From the sequence record NC_048182.1: a DNA stretch of 64,000 bases; one strand, written 5' to 3'. The notes beneath the pieces are model-generated. The model ran no database searches. It saw nothing but the letters and a program-made list of their open reading frames with translations, and had not been told where the DNA came from. Positions 10,285 through 19,804 of this stretch are shown here, in pieces. How positions within the stretch are numbered: the first letter of the stretch is position 1; each line of letters begins with the position of its first letter. A program made the translations under genes and the position numbers.

Positions 10285-10444
10285 ATGCAAACTAACTTTA
10301 GTACAGGATACCAACCTACTGGGACCTCTAAGGAAGACCTTTTTTTTTACTTCTGATTTAACTTTAGTGGTTAATGAAAATGGGAAGATCATCCCTATTC
10401 GTTTAACCGTCCGTTCTGAAACTATTCGGGAGTTTAGTTTATAA
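10285..10444 (+). pseudogene. Small gene frameshifted at a T9 homopolymer (52 aa if the run were T8)
   Basis: The ATG abuts the upstream stop. T9 at 10340-10348 causes an early TGA. Removing one T gives an ORF whose TAA overlaps the next ATG at 10444. Confidence 0.6.
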
Positions 10445-10779
10445 TGAAAGAACAAACTTTGGTAGAATATCTGAAACAACACAAGTTCGAATCTGTCTTT
10501 GTTGTATCAACCCCTGAGCATGATTCTAAACGCGCTCGAGTCATCGATCTCATTCAAGATACCTTGGGTGTGAAAGCGGTTCCTGGGATCATGGAATTTG
10601 ACGCGGCGCGTTCATCTATCGGTAGACCAAATTACAAGGTCACGGATATTAACGGGAAGGCTGACAGGAAGTTACTATTTACTTCCAACCTGACCCTTTC
10701 TATCACTGACGGGTATCCTCAGGTCATCCGTGTTGATTTAAAATACGGCGATTCAGTTGGCAAGAGATTTACGGAGTAA
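10444..10779 (+). CDS. Hypothetical protein
   Basis: 111 aa in a translationally coupled operon. Confidence 0.7.
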   Translation: MKEQTLVEYLKQHKFESVFVVSTPEHDSKRARVIDLIQDTLGVKAVPGIMEFDAARSSIGRPNYKVTDINGKADRKLLFTSNLTLSITDGYPQVIRVDLKYGDSVGKRFTE

Positions 10780-10781
10780 TA

Positions 10782-11183
10782 ATGGCTAAGCAACTTGAAA
10801 ATTTACCTGATGAGATTGAAACACTTGAGCAGTTCCTTGAGTGGATCAATCCTAAATCCATCTTCTTCGGGTATGAAGGGTTCGGCAAAGATGAAATGCC
10901 CGACGATGATAACCCGAGCATGAAGGAAGAGTTTGCTACACTTTGTGCACGTATTCAGAAAGCTTGCCCTAAAGCTCTGTTTACAGCTGAACCTTTGTAT
11001 ATGAAGATTGTCCAAAGTGACTTCTTCTGTACCAAGATGAAGTATATCTTCACCAACCCTAAAGCTAAGTGGCAGGAATGCATCAAAGCGGACCTTGCAT
11101 TTGTTTATGGGTGTGAAGGTGAATGGCACCTGGCACGAGCTGGAGATATGAAGCCTTACACAACTGTTGATTTAGTTTTGTAA
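10782..11183 (+). CDS. Hypothetical protein
   Basis: 133 aa with a GGAG RBS. Confidence 0.75.
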   Translation: MAKQLENLPDEIETLEQFLEWINPKSIFFGYEGFGKDEMPDDDNPSMKEEFATLCARIQKACPKALFTAEPLYMKIVQSDFFCTKMKYIFTNPKAKWQECIKADLAFVYGCEGEWHLARAGDMKPYTTVDLVL

Positions 11184-11204
11184 TGGCCAAATAGCTTCAA
11201 ACAT

Positions 11205-11218
11205 ATATTATCGAATTG
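11205..11218 (+). promoter_or_regulatory. Putative early promoter
   Basis: ATATTAT-CGAAT-TG. Confidence 0.6.
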
Positions 11219-11280
11219 AGCAGAAATGCTGGGAAGACAAACATGTACTTCCTGTTCTTCATTAATAGAGAGAAAACATA

Positions 11281-12546
11281 ATGCAACCTTCAGGCTATAT
11301 GTATTTATTGAATCCAGAAAACGGCAACTTAGTTAATGCTAAAACTGGTAAAGATGTTGAAATCATTAACTGGGAAGATCTGGTTAAAGATGTTAAAACT
11401 ATCGTCATCGGTATTGATGGTCGTTTGGTATATTCACCAGGCATTGAAAATGCGATCATTCCTTTCCAGGAATGGTTGGGTAAAAACCATCCCGATGTTG
11501 AGCTATCTTTACATTCAGGTCCAATGGATTTCGAACGTCACCTCAGTAAAGATGTGATCCTGGAAGCATGCGCTTATGGACTCCATGTATCCATGACCGG
11601 ACCGAATTCTGGCAAGGTGGGTAAAATGGCTAAGTTCATTCAACTGGACGATCCTGAATTTACCCGCGAACTCCATCTGGAAGTTACTAAGGATGACCAG
11701 GGAAATGTGAAGTCTATTGTGGAAGTTGATAAACTTCGCGAGGGTAAAAACATGAATGACGAACTGTTGAAGTCCGACCACCCTCTGATCAACCAGCACT
11801 TCACAGCTGGGATCTCTCCAGGTCGTTTTTACATGATGGGGTCGCATACTGGCGCAGCTAAATCTAAGCTGACAAAGGCTAGCGAGGTACTGGAACATTT
11901 AACCACATGTATCGAACTCAATGGTCGTGCATTACAAGTGTTCATTGGTTTCACCGATCCACTTGCTTCGAAAGCTAACGCAAACGCTAGTAAAGCGTTA
12001 GCGCAGGCAATGCCGGAAATAGTGGGTTCGGAATGGGTCGGTGTTGCAAAAGAACAAGATGCAGATCTTGGGCTGGTGTTTGATGGCAAATGGTGGATCA
12101 TTACTAAGTGCCGTGGTTCGATGAATGGTATTGTGGGTAACCGTTTGGTAACTCAGGCGTTGCTGGATGAAGCATGTCGTAACGTCAACATCAAAGACGC
12201 TTATCCTAAAACCCCAGCTCCGGTTAAGCCAGAACAAATCAATGCATATGACGTTGATTGGTCTGAAGCAACCAGCGGTGTGTTAATCATCGTTGATTAT
12301 CAAACACACATGGGTGAGGGTGAAAGCACTCTGAATACCGATCTGCTTGGACGCATTACTGATGCGATCTTCAGTAAGAACCTGGACCAGTATATCATGG
12401 TTAAAGGTGATACTGATGGCGATTACGAAACACGACTGGAGCATGCCATTGCTAATGTCAGTTGCGTGGTACGTATTTATGATGGTGAGGCGGTGTTCAT
12501 CAAGTTTAGTGGGATGCCTCAACTGAAAGACACCATTATTCACTAA
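11281..12546 (+). CDS. Mosaic hypothetical protein with a degenerate SF4-helicase-like segment
   Basis: GISPGRFYMMGSHTGAAKS (Walker-A-like), followed about 90 aa later by ADLGL...ITKCRG. Confidence 0.6.
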   Translation: MQPSGYMYLLNPENGNLVNAKTGKDVEIINWEDLVKDVKTIVIGIDGRLVYSPGIENAIIPFQEWLGKNHPDVELSLHSGPMDFERHLSKDVILEACAYGLHVSMTGPNSGKVGKMAKFIQLDDPEFTRELHLEVTKDDQGNVKSIVEVDKLREGKNMNDELLKSDHPLINQHFTAGISPGRFYMMGSHTGAAKSKLTKASEVLEHLTTCIELNGRALQVFIGFTDPLASKANANASKALAQAMPEIVGSEWVGVAKEQDADLGLVFDGKWWIITKCRGSMNGIVGNRLVTQALLDEACRNVNIKDAYPKTPAPVKPEQINAYDVDWSEATSGVLIIVDYQTHMGEGESTLNTDLLGRITDAIFSKNLDQYIMVKGDTDGDYETRLEHAIANVSCVVRIYDGEAVFIKFSGMPQLKDTIIH

Positions 12547-12608
12547 TAACTCCAGCTTCAATTATAAGTTAACCCTGTAAATTAATTTCAATTAGAGAGA
12601 TATAGACA

Positions 12609-13067
12609 ATGTCTAAAGTAAACAAAGCGTTCGGCAAACTGATGGATTCCCGTGTAGATGCTCTGGTGAAAGGTGCAACAGTTCATAAAGAAACTCACCA
12701 CATCAGCTTCGGTATTCCAGAAGAGCTGACTGAAAAGAAAGACTTCGCGTTTAAGAACAATCTCGAGGTTGTTCAACATGCGGTCGATCTGGTTAATGGC
12801 TATGGCCTGGCGGTTGAAGCGGCGACTACTCAAATCGCTCAAGATCAATTCCCAGAAACCAAGATTGAACGTTGGGACGGTAATCTGAAAGCATTTGACG
12901 GCCTGACCTTCAACTCTGATGTTCGCCTGCGTGAAGTGGTTGGTGAAGATACCATTTATGGTGTTACTGAAACTTTCATTGACCACCCACACTCAGTTGA
13001 CATGGTCACCTGGTATTCTGACTTCGCTGCCGTGAATGAAGAACGCGCTAAGAAACTGTTCGACTAA
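12609..13067 (+). CDS. Hypothetical protein
   Basis: 152 aa with strong codon bias, followed by a hairpin at about 13075-13102. Confidence 0.8.
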   Translation: MSKVNKAFGKLMDSRVDALVKGATVHKETHHISFGIPEELTEKKDFAFKNNLEVVQHAVDLVNGYGLAVEAATTQIAQDQFPETKIERWDGNLKAFDGLTFNSDVRLREVVGEDTIYGVTETFIDHPHSVDMVTWYSDFAAVNEERAKKLFD

Positions 13068-13132
13068 TCGACCAGCCCTCTCCTGGTTCTGCCAGGAGAG
13101 GTTCTTAGATCTTCTTTATTTTTGGCAGAAGC

Positions 13133-13675
13133 ATGGAACATAAAACAATAAATCGGGTACTCATTGGTGATGACCTATCTCCAGATATGATTATTACTAA
13201 TAACACAGTTATCAACGATGCTGTTGATGATAAGCCCATATGGAAGGGTGATTGTGAGATTAGATTCTATCTTGGTGGTCGTCCTGTCATTTTACATAAT
13301 GATACAAGCAGTGACGATAACAAGGGATCGCTAAAAGAGTACAGGAGAAAGCTAGAGCTTATTAGGGACATGACCGCTGAAGTATTAGCATGGAGTAAAG
13401 AAAAGCCGTCAGAGGGCTTCCTATTGCGTGAATTCTTGAATCCTCTTGATACTGCTCAGCAAAGGTTGTTTGGTGGAACCTTAATGATTCACTATAGCCC
13501 TTACTTTAAAATGGTTACGTTCGATATAGCTGATTGCAGTAATAAGCTTCGTCGTAGTTATAACGATAAGAACTTTCCACAGTTTGCTAATCATGTCATT
13601 AATATTATTAATGAGTCGTTAGCTGACATGACTATATTAGAAGGTAAGTTAAATGGCATTACATCTAACACCTGA
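13133..13675 (+). CDS. Hypothetical protein, paralog family A
   Basis: Shares the (R/K)EFLN...F.I..C..K.R motif with 14003 and 15779. Confidence 0.75.
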   Translation: MEHKTINRVLIGDDLSPDMIITNNTVINDAVDDKPIWKGDCEIRFYLGGRPVILHNDTSSDDNKGSLKEYRRKLELIRDMTAEVLAWSKEKPSEGFLLREFLNPLDTAQQRLFGGTLMIHYSPYFKMVTFDIADCSNKLRRSYNDKNFPQFANHVINIINESLADMTILEGKLNGITSNT

Positions 13676-14006
13676 AGCTTTTAATAAAGCCTGTTCCTTG
13701 ATGATGATCAAAGCGGTAGAACATCGACACTCAACTGTTAAAGCAAATATTGCTAAGAAAGCTGCCTATAAAGAGTTGAAACATTTCTTCTCTCTGGACG
13801 GTAATCTGTTAAAGATCGTTAAGCATGAAAGTAAATATTTCTTTATCGAAAGAGAGGTAGGGGGTGTATCAATCATTCCTAAACCTGGCGGGACTGGTAT
13901 TTACGTTACCGCTGAGAATCTTCACCTGTTAGGTGGGTTCCTTAAACATTCTCCTAAGCCAACCACTATGGCTCAATGGCGTCAAACATTTTTGGGGTTG
14001 TTATGA
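13653..14006 (+). CDS. Hypothetical protein, probable paralog family B
   Basis: 117 aa; C-terminal I.V..EN..L motif. Confidence 0.65.
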   Translation: MALHLTPEAFNKACSLMMIKAVEHRHSTVKANIAKKAAYKELKHFFSLDGNLLKIVKHESKYFFIEREVGGVSIIPKPGGTGIYVTAENLHLLGGFLKHSPKPTTMAQWRQTFLGLL

Positions 14007-14572
14007 ATCTGTCTAAAGTAAAACGCCTGCATCGTAAAGCTCGTCGTACTATGTACGCTCAAGCTCCTGATATGCGTGGTGCGACTTCTTTGGTTCATGT
14101 GACTAAGAACACGGTGAACCATAAACCAATCCGATCCATTACTCATGAGCTGTATGGTCAGGTAACTTTCCATTTAGGAGCGGGCCATCCAATTACGATT
14201 CATGCTGAACCTGCGAGCATGGGTCATTTTGGTGCAGCTACCGACTATCTGGATAAGCTCCATGATCTTATTCATTTCATGAGTAGCGCATTTCACCACC
14301 TTCATACTAAGAACGAAGATCTATTCGTTTGTCAGAAATTTCTAAACAATGGGGTTAACAATGAATATGGCTCCACGCTTTTTATTCGCATCCCTAAGAA
14401 ATACGATCAACTTCCTTTCTGTGTCTTTGAGATTTCCTCTTGTCACTTTAAGGTCCGTTTAACCCCAGAGCGTGCAGAGTTGAAGAAGTTATTGAAGTTC
14501 TTCATCAAAGTCCTTGATCAGCACAACCTGGATTATGGTAACGCCATTGAAGTATTAAGGAGTGTCCGGTGA
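14003..14572 (+). CDS. Hypothetical protein, paralog family A
   Basis: QKFLNNG...FEISSCHFKVR. Confidence 0.75.
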   Translation: MNLSKVKRLHRKARRTMYAQAPDMRGATSLVHVTKNTVNHKPIRSITHELYGQVTFHLGAGHPITIHAEPASMGHFGAATDYLDKLHDLIHFMSSAFHHLHTKNEDLFVCQKFLNNGVNNEYGSTLFIRIPKKYDQLPFCVFEISSCHFKVRLTPERAELKKLLKFFIKVLDQHNLDYGNAIEVLRSVR

Positions 14573-14973
14573 GTTTAAACATTTATGGTGAATTAGCAAA
14601 GTTCCGTGTTAATACTTTCTTTACGATGACTACTGCGCGAAAACGTGAATTGGTCTATCGAGATATAGACAAGGTTCTGTTGCGCATTTGTAACAGTATC
14701 CGCAAGGGATACGCTTTGAAAGACCGTGCAAGGGCTGGGCAGGAGATCCTGCGGCGTTATCCTTACTTTGAGGTAACAGTGGCTGACATCTACTCTCAGC
14801 GCGAGCTAGAGGTGGTTATTACTCGCAGGCACAAAGATGTTATTTCATCTATCACTATTAATGAAGATAACATCGGTCAGTTTGAAGCTTGGTGTAAAGA
14901 GTGGCGTACTGAGCTTAAACCAACTGACTTTAGCGCGCTTGCGCAATTCAACCCTAACCAGAGATATTGGTAA
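14569..14973 (+). CDS. Hypothetical protein, paralog family B
   Basis: GTG start overlapping the previous stop; ITINEDNIGQFEAW. Confidence 0.7.
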   Translation: MSLNIYGELAKFRVNTFFTMTTARKRELVYRDIDKVLLRICNSIRKGYALKDRARAGQEILRRYPYFEVTVADIYSQRELEVVITRRHKDVISSITINEDNIGQFEAWCKEWRTELKPTDFSALAQFNPNQRYW

Positions 14974-15410
14974 TGGCAAGAACTCATTCTGAAATTCAGA
15001 TAGAGAACTGGAACAATCTTCGAGTTCGTATTCTTGACGCCCATCCCCGTCGTCGTTCTAAAGCTGATGTGCTTGTCTCTCTCGATAAAGAGTTCCAGCA
15101 ATTAGCCAGCAGGCTACTAAAACTTCAAGTAAGTTCTGGTAGTTACAAAATCCTCGGGGTTGATCACAGTTCATTAACTCGTGGTCATATCGCAATTAAA
15201 TCTCGTGATGGATTTACGGTAAACATCTATGAGAAGGATTACGAGTTATTCCAGAGATGGTCCGATATGTCAGATGAGGATAAACTCATATCCAAACCTA
15301 AGAACTTATATGGGTATCGTCTCAGTACCACTCAGCCTGACGTTAAGAAACCCAGGACCACCAATCCTGACAAAGAACGTCTGAATATAAGGCATGGTGA
15401 AAATGACTAA
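14973..15410 (+). CDS. Hypothetical protein, paralog family B
   Basis: TAATG coupling; VNIYEKDYELFQRW. Confidence 0.7.
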   Translation: MARTHSEIQIENWNNLRVRILDAHPRRRSKADVLVSLDKEFQQLASRLLKLQVSSGSYKILGVDHSSLTRGHIAIKSRDGFTVNIYEKDYELFQRWSDMSDEDKLISKPKNLYGYRLSTTQPDVKKPRTTNPDKERLNIRHGEND

Positions 15411-15798
15411 ATGGCCAACAATCAGTAAACAGCTGGAAGAACAGCTCGACTTGGTGCGGTATCTCGGAAGAGATGAGAAACACCGCAGTGTTTGGGAACA
15501 CAAACCTTTCATTGATGTTAACAAAGACTTCTGTCGTATTGTTAAGATGAAACGGTTAGGTCGAGAACTTAAACCCAGCAGTTACAAAAGGCTGAAACTT
15601 AATCATCTCAACCACGGAACTGATGCTTGGGAAATTCGTTTATATACCAATCACAGTTACGTTTCCATTAACAAAGATAACTGGGGTGGGTTCGATTATT
15701 ATGTCCGTTCACTTATCCATTATGCCCCCACTTCGGCGGCGTCCATGATGGCTAAGTATCCGCATGTGAGGTTAGGAAGTGGCATGGATAAAGCGTAG
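15394..15798 (+). CDS. Hypothetical protein, paralog family B
   Basis: VSINKDNWGGFDYY. Confidence 0.7.
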   Translation: MVKMTKWPTISKQLEEQLDLVRYLGRDEKHRSVWEHKPFIDVNKDFCRIVKMKRLGRELKPSSYKRLKLNHLNHGTDAWEIRLYTNHSYVSINKDNWGGFDYYVRSLIHYAPTSAASMMAKYPHVRLGSGMDKA

Positions 15799-16381
15799 TT
15801 ATAAAAGGGATTGGTTGCAAAGAGCACCGTCCCTTAATACGGTTGCTTATAAACATGAAATGAGTAACGTGACTTCTTGGGATCTTAAACCGGAAGCTAT
15901 GGATAAACCTGATAATAAAAGGAAATGGCCTGAAGACTATTTCCCTTATGAAGAAGTCCAAGTTAAGTTTGAGACTATCTTCTCCATTGGGTCTAATATC
16001 ATCATTCTTCATGCTAATGACTTTATTGATCCGTTTGAAGCATTAAAAGACTATCACAGAAAGATTGAATTAATCCGTGAGGTCACACAACGCTTTATAC
16101 GCGACTATAAGCGCTTCTATGAGAAAGACGCACCGTTTATCATCAAGGAGTTCTTAAACGGCTCTGAGGGTCCCTCAGCCATCTATACGAGCACTGTGGC
16201 CATCTCTTGTTCAACAACCCATGATTTCTTTTTCGAAATAGCATCTTGCGATGTTAAAGCACGGATGTACATGACCAAAGAAAAAGACTTCCTGGAAATG
16301 CTTCACAAGTTACAGCGCTTTATATTAACGGCAGCCACTGATGCAAAGTCTACCCTTGACACTTATAAGGGCAAGTATTGA
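15779..16381 (+). CDS. Hypothetical protein, paralog family A
   Basis: IKEFLNG...FEIASCDVKAR. Confidence 0.75.
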   Translation: MAWIKRSYKRDWLQRAPSLNTVAYKHEMSNVTSWDLKPEAMDKPDNKRKWPEDYFPYEEVQVKFETIFSIGSNIIILHANDFIDPFEALKDYHRKIELIREVTQRFIRDYKRFYEKDAPFIIKEFLNGSEGPSAIYTSTVAISCSTTHDFFFEIASCDVKARMYMTKEKDFLEMLHKLQRFILTAATDAKSTLDTYKGKY

Positions 16382-16406
16382 TTTAGTTGGATAAGTAATC
16401 AGGTAT

Positions 16407-16426
16407 ATATTATCTACATGTTAAAC
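16407..16426 (+). promoter_or_regulatory. Putative early promoter
   Basis: ATATTATCTACATGTTAAAC, an identical 20-mer to 38005-38024. Confidence 0.7.
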
Positions 16427-16455
16427 TTAACATAATCTAAATAGAGGGTATTATC

Positions 16456-17040
16456 GTGGTTAAGACTTTTCTGAAAAACATTGGTGTCGTTGTAGCGCAA
16501 TGGGCCATTGTAACTGTGGTGGTTATCTTTGCGGTCACTTTGTACAACAAAGCAAATGCTGCTGATAAAGCTGTTGGTTGGGTTGGGATTAGTAAAGATG
16601 CCGATACTGAAGAAGTCATTGGCATCACTGCAACGGGTGATCGTGGTGGGGTGATTACTCTGATGTGCCAACCCGATAAAACCATTAAGGCGACTTATAA
16701 ATCTCCTGAAGGTAAAAACTATGACATGTGGACCATGCGTAATTACGGGCATGATTTCACAAGTAAGAAAGACTATCTGTTAGCTGGTTCGGGAGCGCAT
16801 ACTACTCTTGACGTATACACGTTCTTATTAAGGGCTGAATATGCGTTCGAGGTTAATACGTTCGCTATCGGTAGTAAAGCCAAATTTGACAAAGCTGTGC
16901 TGAATGCCAAAGAAGCACCTAAGTTGAAAGATGGTGATGAAGCTCCTGAAACATTTGTGACCACAGAAATCATTTCTGGTTATGTCCAGCAAATGGCTAA
17001 AGCCTGCCCAGCTCAAGGTACAGAGATGGGTAGTCTGTGA
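16456..17040 (+). CDS. Exported/periplasmic protein
   Basis: Hydrophobic N-terminus with an ANA-A signal peptidase site; two Cys. Confidence 0.7.
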   Translation: MVKTFLKNIGVVVAQWAIVTVVVIFAVTLYNKANAADKAVGWVGISKDADTEEVIGITATGDRGGVITLMCQPDKTIKATYKSPEGKNYDMWTMRNYGHDFTSKKDYLLAGSGAHTTLDVYTFLLRAEYAFEVNTFAIGSKAKFDKAVLNAKEAPKLKDGDEAPETFVTTEIISGYVQQMAKACPAQGTEMGSL

Positions 17041-17140
17041 TTTCAGTTGAAAACTGAAATAAAAATATATAATCAAATTGAATTTAAACCTTGCGGTCCT
17101 AGTGACTGCGAGGTTTAGTAAACCACATATAGAGGACATT

Positions 17141-17779
17141 ATGAAAAAGTTTTTGAAATGGGTTGGTATCGTATTCCTGGTTCTTATTGGCATGGCAATC
17201 GTCTACGGTGATAATGCGCCAGCTACTGAGAAATCAAAACCGCAAACTAAAACCGAAGTTACTCAATCTGACCGTGACGCTTTCTTTGCAGCTAAGCAAG
17301 GAATTCTGGACGATCTGAAAGAGCGTGTTAAACTTCGTGATCAAGCATTCCCACCAATTCAAATCTTTGGTGGAACATATCAAGGTCCTTCATCAGCAAC
17401 ATTGGGATGTCGTAATCCTAATAAACCGCTGGGAACTGAATTCGTGATGCAAGGTCCTGGTAAGGTATGGTACGCATTCGGTATTGGGGGTGATCCTTAC
17501 CGTTGGATTGAAATGCCTACAAGCGCAGGCGGTAATGGACCATCACAGGTTGAACAGATTGTTAGCAATATCGCTCGAAAAAATGATCCTCGAATGGTAG
17601 TGGCGTTTATTGTTTCTGATAGTCGTCCTGGTTCCAATGATGATGCGGTAGCGTTGTCATATGAAGAAATCGTACGACTGAACGATCAACTTCGTAACAG
17701 CGCTTGTTCTGGCTGGTACGCTCCTACTTGGGTGAACCACACTGCTGAAGAAGTTCACCATCTTAAATACGCACAGTAA
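17141..17779 (+). CDS. Membrane-anchored or exported protein
   Basis: AGAGGA RBS; MKKFLKWVGIVFLVLIGMAIVYG signal/anchor. Confidence 0.75.
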   Translation: MKKFLKWVGIVFLVLIGMAIVYGDNAPATEKSKPQTKTEVTQSDRDAFFAAKQGILDDLKERVKLRDQAFPPIQIFGGTYQGPSSATLGCRNPNKPLGTEFVMQGPGKVWYAFGIGGDPYRWIEMPTSAGGNGPSQVEQIVSNIARKNDPRMVVAFIVSDSRPGSNDDAVALSYEEIVRLNDQLRNSACSGWYAPTWVNHTAEEVHHLKYAQ

Positions 17780-17788
17780 GGTAAAGAC

Positions 17789-18493
17789 ATGAAAAAGTTT
17801 ATTAGCGTAATCCTGACAACATTGGCGTTTGTTGTTCTGGTTGGGTGTAATGACGGAGAAGTAGGAAGTGGTAAAAACCAACAACCTACTGAAAAGCAAC
17901 AAGCTGTTCTTCGTGATCCAGCTACGGCTGAACAGATCTACGGTACGGTGTTGCATGAAGGTGTGGTTGCACCTAGTCAGATTGTTATGGTGACAGGTCA
18001 GGATCTATCCAAAGATCTTACTCTGATCTCCATCCTGACTAAGGGTAATCATGCTAAACCAGGTACAGCATTCTTGTTGGCATGTGACCTTCGTGGCGGA
18101 ACCTGGTCGGCGGCTACTAACATCTATACACCTGACGGTAAACCTACTGATAAGGCGTTGGATATCTCTATCATGAACTTCCCTGCCGGATTAACTCAAA
18201 TCCGTGAAGTGGATGATTCTAAACGGGCGTACTTTGCAACTGCTGAAGGTGATTCAGATATCGTGGGTGCTTTGAAAGGATTGAGTAAACTAGATCCCGA
18301 ATCCACCATTGCCTTTGTAGCAGAAGAAACCAAAGATGACGGTTATCGTTATTCTGTTGGTTGGTCTCCAATGTTCAAAGTTAAAGATGTTGTTGCCGGT
18401 CTGAAGAAGATAGACTTGTCCTCCTGTGCTAAAACCACGATGGATAACGAGTACTATAACTTCGTTCCCAACGAAACCCTGATGGGTAAGTAA
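17789..18493 (+). CDS. Lipoprotein
   Basis: MKKFISVILTTLAFVVLVG-C lipobox. Confidence 0.75.
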   Translation: MKKFISVILTTLAFVVLVGCNDGEVGSGKNQQPTEKQQAVLRDPATAEQIYGTVLHEGVVAPSQIVMVTGQDLSKDLTLISILTKGNHAKPGTAFLLACDLRGGTWSAATNIYTPDGKPTDKALDISIMNFPAGLTQIREVDDSKRAYFATAEGDSDIVGALKGLSKLDPESTIAFVAEETKDDGYRYSVGWSPMFKVKDVVAGLKKIDLSSCAKTTMDNEYYNFVPNETLMGK

Positions 18494-18505
18494 CAATATT
18501 TTGCT

Positions 18506-18535
18506 AAGGCTAGAGGACTTCGGTTCTCTAGCCTA
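18506..18535 (+). terminator. Terminator hairpin with UUCG loop
   Basis: CTAAGGCTAGAGGAC-TTCG-GTTCTCTAGCCTAG. Confidence 0.7.
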
Positions 18536-18627
18536 GTGAGATAGCCATTTATTTTGTATTTAAAAACCCTCAGGCCGATATTATTGTATCGATACCAATA
18601 ACCATTATTCCTAGAAGGCAAACATAG

Positions 18628-19365
18628 ATGGAAAAGGAAAATATCACTGAATTCACCTTGGACCCAAAGCGTGTCCAGGAAGATAAAGATTGGGCCATGT
18701 TATTCGACTGGAAGATGCAGAAAGAGTTACTGCGTTATTGCGTGTACTCTATCTCTCTGAATGACCCGGCTCATAATCTCGGACATTGCTGGGATGTCTG
18801 TGCATTAGGCAAAAGGATTTGTGACGAGTTAGGCGTGGATGATCGCACTCGGATGCTTGTCTACCTGGGCACGTTGCTTCATGACATCGGATGTCGGTAT
18901 GAGCGGGATTATCATCATTTGATAGGATATGGACTCACCTATGAACTCATTAACCGTTACTGGCCAAACGAGTTTAGCGATGATGAATTATTAACTATCG
19001 CGACCGCAGTGCTTGAGCATCGCAGCTCGAATAAGAACAAGCCGACTAATTTCGTTAGCTCTATTGTAAGTGTGGCTGATTCTGGGGCGCCAGACTTTAA
19101 CAAGTATGTTAAACGAGCTATTCAGTTCCGACTGAAAATGAACTTAACGGACGATGTTCTTATTGAGGAAGTCTATAAACACCTGCTTGAAAAGTTTGGT
19201 GTGGAGGGCTACCACTGGAAAAGTTATCCTGACGTCGGTATGGAGCTTTTCAAAACGGAATGGGATATCTTCTCCAACTTGCTGTATGATGAACAATTCA
19301 CTATGGATTGTATCAAAACTACGTACGAGCAGTTAGGAGGAAAATGTGTGGGTAAATCCGGATAG
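18628..19365 (+). CDS. HD-domain metal-dependent phosphohydrolase
   Basis: H..HD..H..D arrangement: AHNLGH, LLHDIG, VLEHR, VADS. Confidence 0.85.
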   Translation: MEKENITEFTLDPKRVQEDKDWAMLFDWKMQKELLRYCVYSISLNDPAHNLGHCWDVCALGKRICDELGVDDRTRMLVYLGTLLHDIGCRYERDYHHLIGYGLTYELINRYWPNEFSDDELLTIATAVLEHRSSNKNKPTNFVSSIVSVADSGAPDFNKYVKRAIQFRLKMNLTDDVLIEEVYKHLLEKFGVEGYHWKSYPDVGMELFKTEWDIFSNLLYDEQFTMDCIKTTYEQLGGKCVGKSG

Positions 19366-19804
19366 TTTATTCCTGACGTCCATAATCATAGCTTTGATTC
19401 TCGTCGTCATTACCGGGTTTGTTTGGTTCTTTCTGAGAGACCATCCCGCCAGTGAGACGAGATTCAAGTGGACACAGTACAGCCGTGACTTTATTGCGGC
19501 TGAGTATGTTGATCGTTACAAAACCACCTGGACGTTCCATATACGTTATTGGTCTAAAGTTATATTACCGTCATGTAGACACGAAGGCAGTAATCGACTG
19601 GTCTTGAATATCCCTGATGGGTTGACTGTTGAGGAGTTTGAAGCATTCATTTCCAATTGCGGAAAAGTGGATAGCACTGGACACAAAGTTCTCTTCGGGT
19701 TAGTAAATCAAAAAGGATTAAACCGGTTACGTTTCGACGCTATCGACAATAAGGTCTTTAGCGACTTTAAGAAATTCATTTATGAAAAAGCTTTAACCCC
19801 TTAA
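19346..19804 (+). CDS. N-terminally membrane-anchored hypothetical protein
   Basis: TM helix LFLTSIIIALILVVITGFVWFFL. Confidence 0.7.
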   Translation: MWVNPDSLFLTSIIIALILVVITGFVWFFLRDHPASETRFKWTQYSRDFIAAEYVDRYKTTWTFHIRYWSKVILPSCRHEGSNRLVLNIPDGLTVEEFEAFISNCGKVDSTGHKVLFGLVNQKGLNRLRFDAIDNKVFSDFKKFIYEKALTP

